A stretch of DNA of 64,000 bases from Planctomycetota bacterium (GTDB lineage Bacteria > Planctomycetota > UBA1135), in contig JAJRZS010000022.1 of the NCBI GenBank assembly GCA_024275135.1, forward strand, positions 12,516 to 76,515. The letters are read 5' to 3'. The translations under genes were made by a program, and so were the position numbers. Each line of letters starts with the position of its first letter. Position 1 is the first letter of the stretch. This document shows, piece after piece, positions 12,162 through 22,422 of this stretch. Under the pieces are notes generated by a model that worked only from the letters and a program-made list of their open reading frames with translations, was not told where the DNA came from and did no database searches.

Positions 12162-13208
12162 TTAGACGTTGTGAGGGTGGTCTGGGGCGAGGTTGCGGCG
12201 TCGGAGTTGTCCGCAGGCGGCGTCGGAGGCGCCACCCAGGCTCCTCCTCAAGGTAACCGATAGTCCACCGCTGCGAAGGCGTTTCGCAAACTCTTCTTGC
12301 ACCATTGGAGCCGGGCAGGCGTAGGGCAGCTCGGGAACAGCATTGAAGGGGATGAGATTGACGTGACAACGTCTTTGGTACAACACCGATGCCAAAGCCT
12401 GCGCATGTTCGGGACCATCGTTGACTCCTGCCAACAGCACATATTCCACCGTGTATTCCCGTCCATTCGCCTCGAACAAAGCTTCCGCTTCATCCAAGGT
12501 TTCCACCAAGCTGCGATGCTTAACCCCAGGGATGAGTTGATGACGCAATTCATCGTCAGCCGCATGCACAGAAATTGCCAAATGAATGGGGCGTCCCCAG
12601 GCGCCAATCGCAGGTATCGCACCCTTGGGACCGACCGTACTCAAGGTGATGCGACGTGCCGAAATGCCAAATCCCTCAGCATCCAGCAAAACATCCAAGG
12701 CACCAAGCACTGCAGGCAGATTGAATCCAGCTTCGCCCATGCCCATCACAACCACGCGTTGGAAAGCACCTTGGCTACGCTGTAGCCACAAGGCTTGCTC
12801 AAGGATTTCACCCTGACTGAGATTGCGCGCCAAGCCCTCCATGCCACTGGCGCAAAAACGACAACGCACCGGACAACCAACTTGCGTGCTCAGGCAAATG
12901 GTGCGTCCATCGGTTCCTGGCATGCCGACCGCCTCGACGGTGGCGCCATCCGCCAAGGCCAACAAAACTTTGCAGGCACCGTCGGCCGCCTCGGATTGGT
13001 GGACCAATCGGGTTTGCTGTAAGGGGGCTTTGATTTCCAATTGCTGGCGCAAACTGGCTGGCAAATCGGTCATTTCCTGCCAGCTTTTGGCGCCCTTTTG
13101 AAACACCCAGCGGGCGGCGTTACGCCCTTGAAAGGAGGGAAAACCGAGTGTTTCAAACCACTGCGGCCACTGTGCCGGATGCAGATCGAATAGATGGGGC
13201 GAGGTCAT
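12162..13208 (-). CDS. rlmN: 23S rRNA (adenine2503-C2)-methyltransferase, radical SAM
   Basis: CPVRCRFCASG radical-SAM cluster motif, C-terminal ACGQL, and overall RlmN layout. Confidence 0.92.
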   Translation of the reverse strand: MTSPHLFDLHPAQWPQWFETLGFPSFQGRNAARWVFQKGAKSWQEMTDLPASLRQQLEIKAPLQQTRLVHQSEAADGACKVLLALADGATVEAVGMPGTDGRTICLSTQVGCPVRCRFCASGMEGLARNLSQGEILEQALWLQRSQGAFQRVVVMGMGEAGFNLPAVLGALDVLLDAEGFGISARRITLSTVGPKGAIPAIGAWGRPIHLAISVHAADDELRHQLIPGVKHRSLVETLDEAEALFEANGREYTVEYVLLAGVNDGPEHAQALASVLYQRRCHVNLIPFNAVPELPYACPAPMVQEEFAKRLRSGGLSVTLRRSLGGASDAACGQLRRRNLAPDHPHNV

Positions 13209-14134
13209 GCCAAATTTTCAACTTCGCGATAAATCTCTTGGGCCCATTGCAGGGCGGTGGCCTCATCAGGTGGATTGCATCCTCCCACACCTTGGTGGCC
13301 GCCGCCGCCATATTTCTTCATTTGATTTCCTAAGTGAAACTCGCTTTTGGGGCGATTCCATGGATTGGAGGCCACCGTGATATGCACACCGGCACGGGTG
13401 GGCAGCAAGGTGACGGCGTAATGGATTTCCGGGTTTAGATAAAAGGGCGCAAAGCGCTCTCGGCGAATTTTACGGGAGCGCAAATCCGCCAGCAGTGCAT
13501 AGGGGGAGCGCATTTGGACATTGGCGCTGAAGTTTTCCAAAGCATTGTCGCGGTTGCGGCAAGAGCGCTGGTAGCAGCGGTCGATGCTGGGGTCGTTGGC
13601 AACTTGCAAAAGAGGGCGCTTGCGCATGAAGCCCACCACTTTGTCGTGAAAGCTATGATCGGGGGCGCAAGTCAAAGCACGGCTAACGCGAATAGCAGGT
13701 TCGGTGCCAAACAAGGCTTGGTCGGCAGAACCGTATTTGGCCGCATCGATGATGTTGGACCACTTGCTGAGTTCGGCAAAATGGGGCAGTGGCTGATAGC
13801 CCCAACGCGCGACCGTATGTTGCAGGATGATGGGCGGGCAGCTGGGTGCGGTGGGATCAAAGCAGCGTTGGTCGTCGGGGGTGAAGAGGCTGGCGTCTTC
13901 TTCCGTGAGGAAGGTGGTGGGATGGTGATCAAACCAATAACGAGCGCGGCGGTGAAAGTGGAAATCAACCACGGCGAAGTTTTGGCCGACAGCGAATTCT
14001 TCCCAATTCAGGGTGCGGTCAAAATTAACCCCAGCCCAACGCACGCTTTGCTCGCGTCCGGTTTGTTCTAAGGCATCGGCCAAAATGGCCGCAGAAGCCA
14101 TGCCGTCAAAATCGCGGTGGTAGTAGATGCGCAT
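13205..14134 (-). CDS. DHH/DHHA1-family phosphoesterase
   Basis: MRIYYHRDFDGMASAAIL (motif I), WFDHHPT (DHH motif) and C-terminal GGGGHQGVGG (DHHA1 GGGH). Start chosen at ATG 14134, 2 nt after the upstream gene stop. The track ORF runs to 14437. Confidence 0.7.
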   Translation of the reverse strand: MRIYYHRDFDGMASAAILADALEQTGREQSVRWAGVNFDRTLNWEEFAVGQNFAVVDFHFHRRARYWFDHHPTTFLTEEDASLFTPDDQRCFDPTAPSCPPIILQHTVARWGYQPLPHFAELSKWSNIIDAAKYGSADQALFGTEPAIRVSRALTCAPDHSFHDKVVGFMRKRPLLQVANDPSIDRCYQRSCRNRDNALENFSANVQMRSPYALLADLRSRKIRRERFAPFYLNPEIHYAVTLLPTRAGVHITVASNPWNRPKSEFHLGNQMKKYGGGGHQGVGGCNPPDEATALQWAQEIYREVENLA

Positions 14135-14136
14135 GG

Positions 14137-15870
14137 CTAAGAAGTTTCTTCGGGTAGTTGGCGTCCGTAGAGATGATGACGAAGAAAAAAATCCCAATTG
14201 AAGTCGGGCTGTAAGCGTCGCAAATCTCGTTCCAAATCCTGACAACTCCACCAACCGGGTTGAGCGAGAAGTTGACGCAGCCACTGGTCGAAGGCCTCGC
14301 GTCCACAATGTTGTTCGATGGCCTGCCAAACCAGTGGGCCAAAAGTCAATAAACGCTTGGGCCCGTAGAGATCGCCAATTTCCAGTAAGGACAAAGGTTG
14401 TGGCAAAGGACCTGCTTGCGCTTCCCGCTGCTGCCAAGATGTAAAAAGAGCTTCGGCATCCTCAGGGTGCTGGCTTTGTTGCAGGAGCCGCCAACAGGCA
14501 TATTCGGCTAAGGATGCGTCAAGAAACAGGAAAGCCGAGCCGTCGCCATGACGTAGGGTGCCAAAGCGCTGTTGGCATAGCAAGCGGGCCAGGGCTACTC
14601 GCCGTGGCAGACCATCGAAAGTGGCATCGACGGGTTGCCGGAACCAATCCCGTTGTTCATCAAGCAGAATGAGATTGGGGAAAACGCGATCCCCGATGTA
14701 GGGGTACGAGGCCATGGTCCATTCCGTGGCTCCAGGCAACCAAGCATCCAGTACTTTGCGAAGGCGCACCAACTCCTGCATGGCGTCTTCTTCTAGGGAT
14801 GCTTTGCTGTCCAAGCGCAAGTACCAATTGCGGCCCAGACTTTGTCGAAGTTCGAAATCGCCGACAATGAAAAAAGGCCAGCTGCGTCCAGCAGGCATGG
14901 CGGTGAATAGACTGCGACTGGCTTGTTTTTTTTTGTCGAACTTTTTTTCCTGGAGTGGGGTGGCTAGGACATCCAAATTGGCAGCATGAAGGATCTCCAA
15001 ATCCCAAGCCGGAGGTTGCCACAACTGTTGGCGGAAGTGGGGAGCAGGAAGGGCCAGCCACAAAGGATCAAGGGCGCAGAAAGAAGCACCACCAATGCGC
15101 GAAATACCAAAGGGTGCGCCAAAATCAGCTTCTTCATGCAGTGGAATTCGGTAGGAAATTTGTTTGTTGTTCAGCTTCTGTGTGGGCGGGTCCAATTGGG
15201 CACCCTGAGGAAGCTGCCACTGGAAGTCGAAAGTGGGCGCCTCGGGGCTGGCCTCCCAGCCCAGCTGCACCACAAAAAAAGCATCTTCCGTCCAATTGGG
15301 AATTTCGATTCGAATATGGAATATCCCCGGGAACACTTGATGCAAACCTTGGGTTCCCATGCCGCGATAAATATCGAATTCTGGTGGCGGCGCCGGTATC
15401 CAAGCTTCTGGTACGGCAAAGGAATCCAGCAGCGCCCGCATGGTATCTGCCTCCGAACGCGGGCCTTCCCAAACCAAAACCACCATTGAATCACCTTGAA
15501 TCGCCAGGCGTTGGATAACTTGCATGGCTGTTTGTTCGCGTTGATAGCGGATTTCCCAACCGGCGGCAGGAAGGCCGTCGATAGCTCCTTTCCAAGCCTC
15601 GATTTGGTGGGGGATACCACGCAACATGGGCTCCCAGGAGCGGCGCCGGATGTCGGCGGCCACGGCCTCTGGTTGTGCACCCAAGGCTCCGAGTAAGTAA
15701 TGACTAATGCGGACACTGGCCTGTCCATCCTCACGGGTGGAAATCCAAGCTTCTGCAGCTTCGGCTGAGGATTGGAAAGCAGGATAGCCCGCAGGCAATT
15801 CGAGCTGAAAGGGCAAAGAGGACGCCTGCTGCGCCACCACCAAGAGGAGGGTGGAAAGAATTCCAAACAT
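14137..15870 (-). CDS. hypothetical secreted protein (577 aa)
   Basis: Long ORF with signal peptide MFGILSTLLLVVAQQASS. It sits 8 nt downstream of clpX and 2 nt upstream of the DHH gene. No catalytic motif recognised. Confidence 0.6.
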   Translation of the reverse strand: MFGILSTLLLVVAQQASSLPFQLELPAGYPAFQSSAEAAEAWISTREDGQASVRISHYLLGALGAQPEAVAADIRRRSWEPMLRGIPHQIEAWKGAIDGLPAAGWEIRYQREQTAMQVIQRLAIQGDSMVVLVWEGPRSEADTMRALLDSFAVPEAWIPAPPPEFDIYRGMGTQGLHQVFPGIFHIRIEIPNWTEDAFFVVQLGWEASPEAPTFDFQWQLPQGAQLDPPTQKLNNKQISYRIPLHEEADFGAPFGISRIGGASFCALDPLWLALPAPHFRQQLWQPPAWDLEILHAANLDVLATPLQEKKFDKKKQASRSLFTAMPAGRSWPFFIVGDFELRQSLGRNWYLRLDSKASLEEDAMQELVRLRKVLDAWLPGATEWTMASYPYIGDRVFPNLILLDEQRDWFRQPVDATFDGLPRRVALARLLCQQRFGTLRHGDGSAFLFLDASLAEYACWRLLQQSQHPEDAEALFTSWQQREAQAGPLPQPLSLLEIGDLYGPKRLLTFGPLVWQAIEQHCGREAFDQWLRQLLAQPGWWSCQDLERDLRRLQPDFNWDFFLRHHLYGRQLPEETS

Positions 15871-15878
15871 GCCGCAGT

Positions 15879-17204
15879 TTAGGCGGTTTCGCGGCGTGGG
15901 TTTTCTTCGCCGCCTTCCAGCAAGACGTTGGCGTTGCCCTGGCGAATCATTTCCCCCGTGATGACAAAGCGCCGCCCAGGGCTGCCGTATTCGGGGAGCT
16001 GGAACATCAAATCATGCAACACTCCTTCGAGGATAGAGCGCAAGGCTCGCACCCCGGTTTCGCGGTCGAAAGCTTTCTGTGCAATTTCCCGCAACGCTTC
16101 GTCGGTGAAACTCAGTTCATGCTCTTCCATGGCGAAGTAGGCTTGAAACTGACGGACCAAAGCATTTTTCGGTTCGGTGAGGATATGCACCAAATCATCG
16201 ACGCTCAAACCATGCAAATGCACATGGACCGGCAGGCGACCGACGAACTCTGGAATCAGGCCAAAATCCACCAAATCTTTGGTGTCGAGCATGGGCACCA
16301 AACGGTCGCGGTCGGTGAGATCTTGCTGGGGGCCATCTTCCTCTGAGTTGTGAAAACCAATGGAACCTTCGCCAACGCGGCGGCCAATGATTTCTTCAAT
16401 CCCAGAGAAGGTGCCGCCGCAGATGAACAAAATGCCGGTGGTGTCCATCTGGATGCAGGATTGCTCGGGATGCTTGCGCCCGCCTTGGGGTGGCACATTC
16501 GCAATGGAGCCTTCGAGGATTTTTAGCAAGGATTGCTGCACCCCTTCCCCGCTGACATCACGGGTGATGCTGACGTTTTGCGTGGTGCGCGCAATCTTGT
16601 CGATTTCATCGATGTAAATGATGCCGCGTTGGGCTCGCTGCAAATCGAAATCGCAGCTTTGCAACAGCTTCAGCAAAATATTTTCCACATCCTCGCCAAC
16701 ATAGCCGGCTTCGGTGAGGGTGGTGGCATCGGCGATGGCAAAAGGCACGTTGAGAATGCGGGCCAAAGTGCGGGCCAACAAAGTTTTGCCAGAGCCAGTA
16801 GGGCCGATCAGCAACACATTGGATTTTTCCAATTCGACATCGGCCCAAGCTGGGGGCGGGCCACCTTCCTTTTTGGCTAGGTGGTGGGCTTCAAGGCGTT
16901 TGTAGTGATTGTGGACAGCCACGGCCAGCACGCGCTTGGCACTTTCCTGGCTGTATACATATTCATCCAACTTGGCGACAATCTCGCGGGGCGTGAGGAA
17001 GCCCAGGCTGGCGTCGTCAGTGGAGGGTTCCACGACTTGCTGCAGACGCCGATCCTCCTCATGCAAGATGGAATTGCAAATCTCGACACATTCGTTGCAA
17101 ATATAGATGCCGGGAGGCCCGGCAATCAAAGATTCCACCTGAGCACGCACTTTTTCACAAAAAGTGCAACGCTCTACGTCGCTACGGTCTTGGCCCCTTG
17201 CCAT
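15879..17204 (-). CDS. clpX: ATP-dependent Clp protease ATP-binding subunit ClpX
   Basis: N-terminal zinc finger (CTFCEK...[10 protein letters not shown]), Walker A GPTGSGKT, Walker [10 protein letters not shown]. Confidence 0.95.
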   Translation of the reverse strand: MARGQDRSDVERCTFCEKVRAQVESLIAGPPGIYICNECVEICNSILHEEDRRLQQVVEPSTDDASLGFLTPREIVAKLDEYVYSQESAKRVLAVAVHNHYKRLEAHHLAKKEGGPPPAWADVELEKSNVLLIGPTGSGKTLLARTLARILNVPFAIADATTLTEAGYVGEDVENILLKLLQSCDFDLQRAQRGIIYIDEIDKIARTTQNVSITRDVSGEGVQQSLLKILEGSIANVPPQGGRKHPEQSCIQMDTTGILFICGGTFSGIEEIIGRRVGEGSIGFHNSEEDGPQQDLTDRDRLVPMLDTKDLVDFGLIPEFVGRLPVHVHLHGLSVDDLVHILTEPKNALVRQFQAYFAMEEHELSFTDEALREIAQKAFDRETGVRALRSILEGVLHDLMFQLPEYGSPGRRFVITGEMIRQGNANVLLEGGEENPRRETA

Positions 17205-17244
17205 GTCTATAGTCTACACGATGACAAGGGGCTGGAAGGGCTTT

Positions 17245-17859
17245 CTAATGCCCAGCGCCGATGATTTGGTCGACGAGACCGAAATCCACACTCTCTTCCG
17301 CCGACAAGAAATTGTCGCGGTCGGTCGCTTTTTCTACCTGCTTGATGGTTTTGTGGCTGTGGTGGGCCAAAATGCCGTTCAAACGCTTCTTTAGGTTTAG
17401 AATTTCGGCGACTTGAATCTCCATGTCGCTGGCCGTGCCTTGGGTGCCGCCCCAGGGTTGGTGAATCATGACCCGCGAGTTGGGGAGGATAAACCGCTTT
17501 TTCGGTGCGCCCCCGGCCAACAAGACCGCGCCCATCGAGGCGCATTGGCCAATGCAGTAAGTGGCGACATCGCAGTCGATGTACTGCATGGTGTCGTAAA
17601 TGGCTAGGCCTGCGGTGACCGAACCACCCGGAGAGTTGATGTACATTTGGATGTCTTGATTCTTGTTTTGCTTAAATAAGAACAAGAGCTGGGCCACGAC
17701 CACGTTGGCCACCATGTCGTCGATGCCGGTGCCGAGGAAGACAATGCGATCCTCAAGCAGGCGGGAATAGAGGTCGTAGGTGCGTTCTCCTCGCCCCGTC
17801 TTTTCGATGACATAGGGAATGGAGAAGCCTTGGCTGGGCGTATGCTTGGGCGCGGTCAT
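17245..17859 (-). CDS. clpP: ATP-dependent Clp protease proteolytic subunit
   Basis: ERIVFLG-type N-terminus, active-site block [19 protein letters not shown]. Confidence 0.95.
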   Translation of the reverse strand: MTAPKHTPSQGFSIPYVIEKTGRGERTYDLYSRLLEDRIVFLGTGIDDMVANVVVAQLLFLFKQNKNQDIQMYINSPGGSVTAGLAIYDTMQYIDCDVATYCIGQCASMGAVLLAGGAPKKRFILPNSRVMIHQPWGGTQGTASDMEIQVAEILNLKKRLNGILAHHSHKTIKQVEKATDRDNFLSAEESVDFGLVDQIIGAGH

Positions 17860-17874
17860 GAGTTGAAAGTAGCG

Positions 17875-19209
17875 TTAAGAATCGAGTGGGGCAACCGTCT
17901 TCTGCAAACGATGCTTGGCGACGACGTCGACCAGGTGGGCACGAACCTTGGATTCCAAAATCTCGCCTCTTAGGTTATCGACCAGATTTTGTTCTTTGTA
18001 AAAGGTTTTCACCATTTTGACGTCCATGCCCTGCTGGGCGGCGATGGTGCGGTAGGCCATATCCAAATCTTTGGAGGTTACCCGGACTTTTTCGGTTTGG
18101 CCGACCTTGCGTAAGACAAACCAATGCTTGAGCCGTTTTTCCGCATCTTCGAGCATCTGCTCTTGATGTTTGGCGGCTTCCTCCTCCGCCTGCTCTTCGC
18201 TGGCGCCGTTTTGCATCATGCGCTCTTTATTGGACTTGGCGGTGGCCGCTGCCTCCTCTTCCACCATGCGCTGGGGCAAGGTGAAGGGATGAATCCGGCA
18301 AATCTCTTGCAAGATTTCATGGGCTTGACGCTCGCGCTCCCGTTGCCCATTATCAAGGGCGATGCGCGTTTTCAGCCGCTCCTTCAACTCCTCGGCCGAA
18401 TCCAAGCTTAAATCTTCGGCGAGTTCCTCTTCGCTGGCATGGCGCGGCTTGACCACTTGTTGCACAGAAATCCGCGCAATCCCAGTTTTGCCAATCCAAT
18501 TTTCTTTGGAGAAGCCTTCCCTGAATTCCACCTGCAGCTCGAATTGGTCTCCAGCTTTGCAGCCTTTCAAGGCTTCATCGTAGGCCTCGGCGTCGGCGCC
18601 ATAAAGCGGGGAGCCCAAGCCAAACTTCAACCCCTTGGCTTCGGGGCCGGTTTCTCCATCAAGCTCATATACCAAATCGATTTCGGCGAGGTGATCCTCG
18701 TCGACGACCCCATCTTCGACTGCATCGAAACGGGTGTGGTTGGCCGCCAAGCCTTGTAGGGCCTCTTCCAACTGCTCGTCGGTGGCCTCGGTGCTTTCTT
18801 CAGCCACATCAATTTCATCCCAGTCCGGCAGAGTGACCTGTGGCAGAGTTTCGACTTCGAACTCGTATTGCAATTCTTGGCCGTCTTCCACTGGGTATTG
18901 ATCGGCATCGAACTCCAACATGCGCAAGACTTCGTTGCGCAGGCCAACCACGCCCAGGGCATCGGCCGACGTATGTTCGAACAAATGCTCGCGCGCATGC
19001 TCTTGAATGCCGTCGCCCAGCAACTGGCGCAGTACCGAGGCCGGGGCATGACCCGGGCGAAAGCCAGGGATTTTCATGCCGCGGGAGGCGGCTTTGTAGG
19101 CGTGGTCGAATTCCTGGCTGACCCGAGCAGCGGGTACGGTGACAGAAATGCGGTAATGGCAGGGACCGAGTTCGGATTTCTCGGCTTCAATGGGGAGGGT
19201 CTTGGGCAC
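17875..19209 (-). CDS. tig: trigger factor
   Basis: 444 aa with the FRPGHAP ribosome-binding signature (GFRPGHAPASVL) and the conserved tig-clpP-clpX order. GTG start. Confidence 0.9.
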   Translation of the reverse strand: MPKTLPIEAEKSELGPCHYRISVTVPAARVSQEFDHAYKAASRGMKIPGFRPGHAPASVLRQLLGDGIQEHAREHLFEHTSADALGVVGLRNEVLRMLEFDADQYPVEDGQELQYEFEVETLPQVTLPDWDEIDVAEESTEATDEQLEEALQGLAANHTRFDAVEDGVVDEDHLAEIDLVYELDGETGPEAKGLKFGLGSPLYGADAEAYDEALKGCKAGDQFELQVEFREGFSKENWIGKTGIARISVQQVVKPRHASEEELAEDLSLDSAEELKERLKTRIALDNGQRERERQAHEILQEICRIHPFTLPQRMVEEEAAATAKSNKERMMQNGASEEQAEEEAAKHQEQMLEDAEKRLKHWFVLRKVGQTEKVRVTSKDLDMAYRTIAAQQGMDVKMVKTFYKEQNLVDNLRGEILESKVRAHLVDVVAKHRLQKTVAPLDS

Positions 19210-19261
19210 GATGACTTAGGAGCGGTGCGCTCTCGGACCCGACATTCTCCCGTCGCCGGAC

Positions 19262-20536
19262 TCAATCGGCAACCGGGAACAAGCGGTTGAAGGGCGCCTT
19301 TTTCAAGTAGGGCTGAAACTCGGGCAAATCTCGGTATTTGGCCAGGACATCAGGACGCAGGCGTGCGGCCAATAGCCATTGCCCCGCTTCCTTGGAGTGT
19401 TTGGCGCCTGCAGCCGCGCGCGCAGCATAGAAATAATCCATCGATTCGACCCGTTTGATTACCGGCGTACCCTCCAAGGATTCCAGGGTTTTGCGGTAGT
19501 TGCGATAGGCGGAGCCAAATTCGCCCACATCGACCTGGAGCTTGGCCAAGGCGAATTGGGCGCGCCAGTCGTCAGGGTTGCGTTTGGCTTCGGCTTCGGG
19601 CCTGGCGAGCAGATAGTTCTTGCCGGCCTTTTCTCCCAGGCGGTGCAAAGACCAGGCAATGTTCAAGCTCAACGGGCTGCGCGGCAACTCCTTGAGTGCG
19701 CGCGTGAGTTGGCGTAGGCCGAGGCGCCAGCGATAGGTGGCGGCCCCAACTTCATACGCAGTGAGCGCCTCCTGACGCGCTTCGCTAGAAAGCCCAAGTT
19801 TGTTGCGGTCGAGGATGCGGTCAAGGAGGAAGTTTTCGGCATCGGCTTGGGGGTGGGTGCTGAGATAGACAACCAAACCGCTCAGGAACTCGGGATCGCT
19901 TTGTTCATAGGCGGTTGCGGGGAGCTGAAAGTTGGGAGGAAGATCGCGTTCAGAGAGTGCATCCAGGGTGGCGCCAAAAACTCCAAGGTCGAGTCGCTCG
20001 AAACGGATATAGGGCAGAAGTTCTAAAGTGGCAGCTGGGGGCACCGCCAACAGTAAAGATTCAAGTGCCGTTTGGCCTAGGGCTGAGGGTAGTTGGGATA
20101 AATAAGTTTTGGCCTGCGACCAGGAGCGGGGGCCGCCGTGGGCAATGGCCATGCGGAGCGCTGGTAACTGCTGCAAGTTTGGCAACTGGGGGACTTGCGC
20201 CAACAATTGGGCTGCCCCCGTCGGATTTAAGCTGGATTCCAGGAGTTGCAATAAACTGGGAATCGGCGAAGGCTCACTTGGCTTGGAGAGGGCGTCCGCC
20301 AGCGCGGCCAACACCGGTTGCTGAATCTCGGGTGCGTAATCCAACAAGGGAGCCAAAGTACCCCGACTCGGTTGGGCAAGATAGGCGGGCCCAAGTTCAG
20401 CCCAGGCGCGTTGGGCTGCTTGACGGCGCTGGGCGGTGCGCTGATCCAGCGCCAATTTCAGCATTTCAAAACCGGAATCGGCCTGTTGCAGAAGGGGTGC
20501 GGCCGAGGGCAGCAGTAGGATGGCCAGAGCAAGCAT
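19262..20536 (-). CDS. hypothetical secreted protein with TPR-like C-terminal helices
   Basis: 424-aa ORF, signal-like N-terminus MLALAILLLPSAAP, helical repeat-like C-terminal third. No known motif recognised. Confidence 0.55.
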   Translation of the reverse strand: MLALAILLLPSAAPLLQQADSGFEMLKLALDQRTAQRRQAAQRAWAELGPAYLAQPSRGTLAPLLDYAPEIQQPVLAALADALSKPSEPSPIPSLLQLLESSLNPTGAAQLLAQVPQLPNLQQLPALRMAIAHGGPRSWSQAKTYLSQLPSALGQTALESLLLAVPPAATLELLPYIRFERLDLGVFGATLDALSERDLPPNFQLPATAYEQSDPEFLSGLVVYLSTHPQADAENFLLDRILDRNKLGLSSEARQEALTAYEVGAATYRWRLGLRQLTRALKELPRSPLSLNIAWSLHRLGEKAGKNYLLARPEAEAKRNPDDWRAQFALAKLQVDVGEFGSAYRNYRKTLESLEGTPVIKRVESMDYFYAARAAAGAKHSKEAGQWLLAARLRPDVLAKYRDLPEFQPYLKKAPFNRLFPVAD

Positions 20537-20586
20537 GTTTGCCTTAGAATACCGGGCTCGCCACTTGGCGTCTTGTTTTTGGGAAG

Positions 20587-22422
20587 ATGAAGCGCAGTTT
20601 CGACGTCTTAGTCATTGGCGGCGGCCATGCCGGAGTGGAGGCCGCCGGGGTGGTGGCTCGTATGGGCTTGCATTGTGGGCTTGTCACCCTTGAGGCTCAA
20701 GCCATTGGGCGCATGTCTTGCAATCCAGCCATCGGCGGGATTGGCAAAGGTCAGTTGGCCCGTGAAATTGATGCCTTAGGGGGATGGATGGGGAGGATTA
20801 CCGACCAAGCCGGCATTCAATTTCGCCTTTTGAACACATCCAAAGGGCGGGCGGTGCAATCGCCGCGGGCCCAATGCGATCGCCAACTTTATGAGCAAGC
20901 GGCGCAACAGTTTGTGCACAGCCAAGACGGCTTGGAGGTTATCGAAGGCGAGGCGGTCGACCTGCAATGGCAGAATCGCAGGATTTGCGGGGTGCAATTG
21001 GCCGATGGTCGGCACCTGGCCACGCAAGCCGTCATTTTGACTACGGGTACCTTCTTGGAAGGGCTTTTGCACACCGGCTTGGAGCAAACTGCGGGTGGTC
21101 GCTTTGGAGAAGCTGGGGCAGCATCTTTGGGGCAAGCCTTGCGCCGTCTTCAACTTCCCTTGGCGCGCTTAAAAACCGGAACCCCTCCACGCCTGGCTGC
21201 AGATTCTGTGAACTATGCGGTGATGAAAGAGCAAGCTGGGGATGAACATCCTGTGGCTTTCAGTTTTCTCACCAGGTCTTTGCCGCAACCCCAGATTTCT
21301 TGTTGGCAAACTTCCACCACCGCCGAAACTCAAGCCATTGTTCGCGATAATTTGCATTTGGCGCCGATGTATGCCGGGCGTATTGAGGGCAAAGGTCCAC
21401 GCTATTGCCCATCCTTGGAGGACAAGGTGGTGCGCTTTGCCGACCGCGATGCGCATACCATTTTCCTTGAACCCGAAGGCGTGGATTCGCCCTTGCTCTA
21501 TGCCAATGGCATTTCCACCTCTCTTCCGCTAGAGATTCAGCAACAATTTGTGCGCACTTGTGTGGGCATGGAGCAAGCGCGTATTGTGCAGCCAGGCTAT
21601 GCGGTGGAATATACCCATGTGGCCCCGCGGGCACTCCACCGCAGTTTGGAGTTGCGGGAATGGCAGGGTTTGTATTTGGCCGGACAGATTTGCGGCACCT
21701 CTGGTTATGAAGAAGCGGCCGCACAAGGTTTGATGGCTGGTTGGAATGCTGCATTGAAGATCCTTGGCCGCGATCCTTTTATATTGGGCCGCCACCAGGC
21801 GTATATTGGCGTTTTGATTGATGATTTGGTGGTTAGCGATCCGAGCGAACCCTACCGCATGTTTACTTCGCGCGCGGAACATCGCTTGTTGTTGCGCCAC
21901 GATAACGCCGACTTTCGTCTCACTCCCTTGGCCAAAGAACATGGGGTCGATGAGGTCTCGCGCCAAAACCAATTTGCCCAACGACAAACACGTCTGCGAA
22001 GGGCTCGGCAGGCTTTAGCCGCAAGCAATGTCGGCTCTCCAGCTCTGTTGGATTTGTTGCGGCAGCCAAAACTTGGCGGTTGGAAAAAGGTGTTGGCCTT
22101 GGCGCCGCAGCTGCAAGAGCTTCAGCTCAGCCGTCATGACTGGGAAACCTTGGAAGCGGATGTGCAGTACGAAGGCTATACCAAACGCCAAGCGGCGTGG
22201 ATTGCGCGCGGTGCCGAGCGCGAGCAAACCGCCATTCCTGGTGATTTTTCCTTCGCCGAAGTGTCCGGGCTAAGAACGGAAGCACGCCAAAGCTTGGAAG
22301 AAAAACGCCCGGCGACTTTGGGCAGTGCCGGGCGTTTGGCCGGGGTAACTCCCGCCGATGTGGCTTTGTTGGAAATTGCCTTGGTGCGCCATCAGCGCGG
22401 TGGCCTAGAGGGAGCGCGCTAG
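20587..22422 (+). CDS. mnmG: tRNA uridine 5-carboxymethylaminomethyl modification enzyme MnmG (GidA)
   Basis: FAD motif DVLVIGGGHAGVEAA, NPAIGGIGKGQLAREIDALGG, GPRYCPSLEDK, and full-length GidA layout. Confidence 0.95.
   Translation: MKRSFDVLVIGGGHAGVEAAGVVARMGLHCGLVTLEAQAIGRMSCNPAIGGIGKGQLAREIDALGGWMGRITDQAGIQFRLLNTSKGRAVQSPRAQCDRQLYEQAAQQFVHSQDGLEVIEGEAVDLQWQNRRICGVQLADGRHLATQAVILTTGTFLEGLLHTGLEQTAGGRFGEAGAASLGQALRRLQLPLARLKTGTPPRLAADSVNYAVMKEQAGDEHPVAFSFLTRSLPQPQISCWQTSTTAETQAIVRDNLHLAPMYAGRIEGKGPRYCPSLEDKVVRFADRDAHTIFLEPEGVDSPLLYANGISTSLPLEIQQQFVRTCVGMEQARIVQPGYAVEYTHVAPRALHRSLELREWQGLYLAGQICGTSGYEEAAAQGLMAGWNAALKILGRDPFILGRHQAYIGVLIDDLVVSDPSEPYRMFTSRAEHRLLLRHDNADFRLTPLAKEHGVDEVSRQNQFAQRQTRLRRARQALAASNVGSPALLDLLRQPKLGGWKKVLALAPQLQELQLSRHDWETLEADVQYEGYTKRQAAWIARGAEREQTAIPGDFSFAEVSGLRTEARQSLEEKRPATLGSAGRLAGVTPADVALLEIALVRHQRGGLEGAR

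Noticed and set aside
14135-14437. N-terminal 101-codon extension of the DHH ORF, and similar extensions at 6938-7195, 3891-3962, 25137-25202, 28494-28577, 51703-51801 and 59520-59654
   Set aside because: The extensions overlap the preceding gene and are low complexity. They end at an internal ATG that begins the conserved family N-terminus and creates a tidy 1-4 nt junction.
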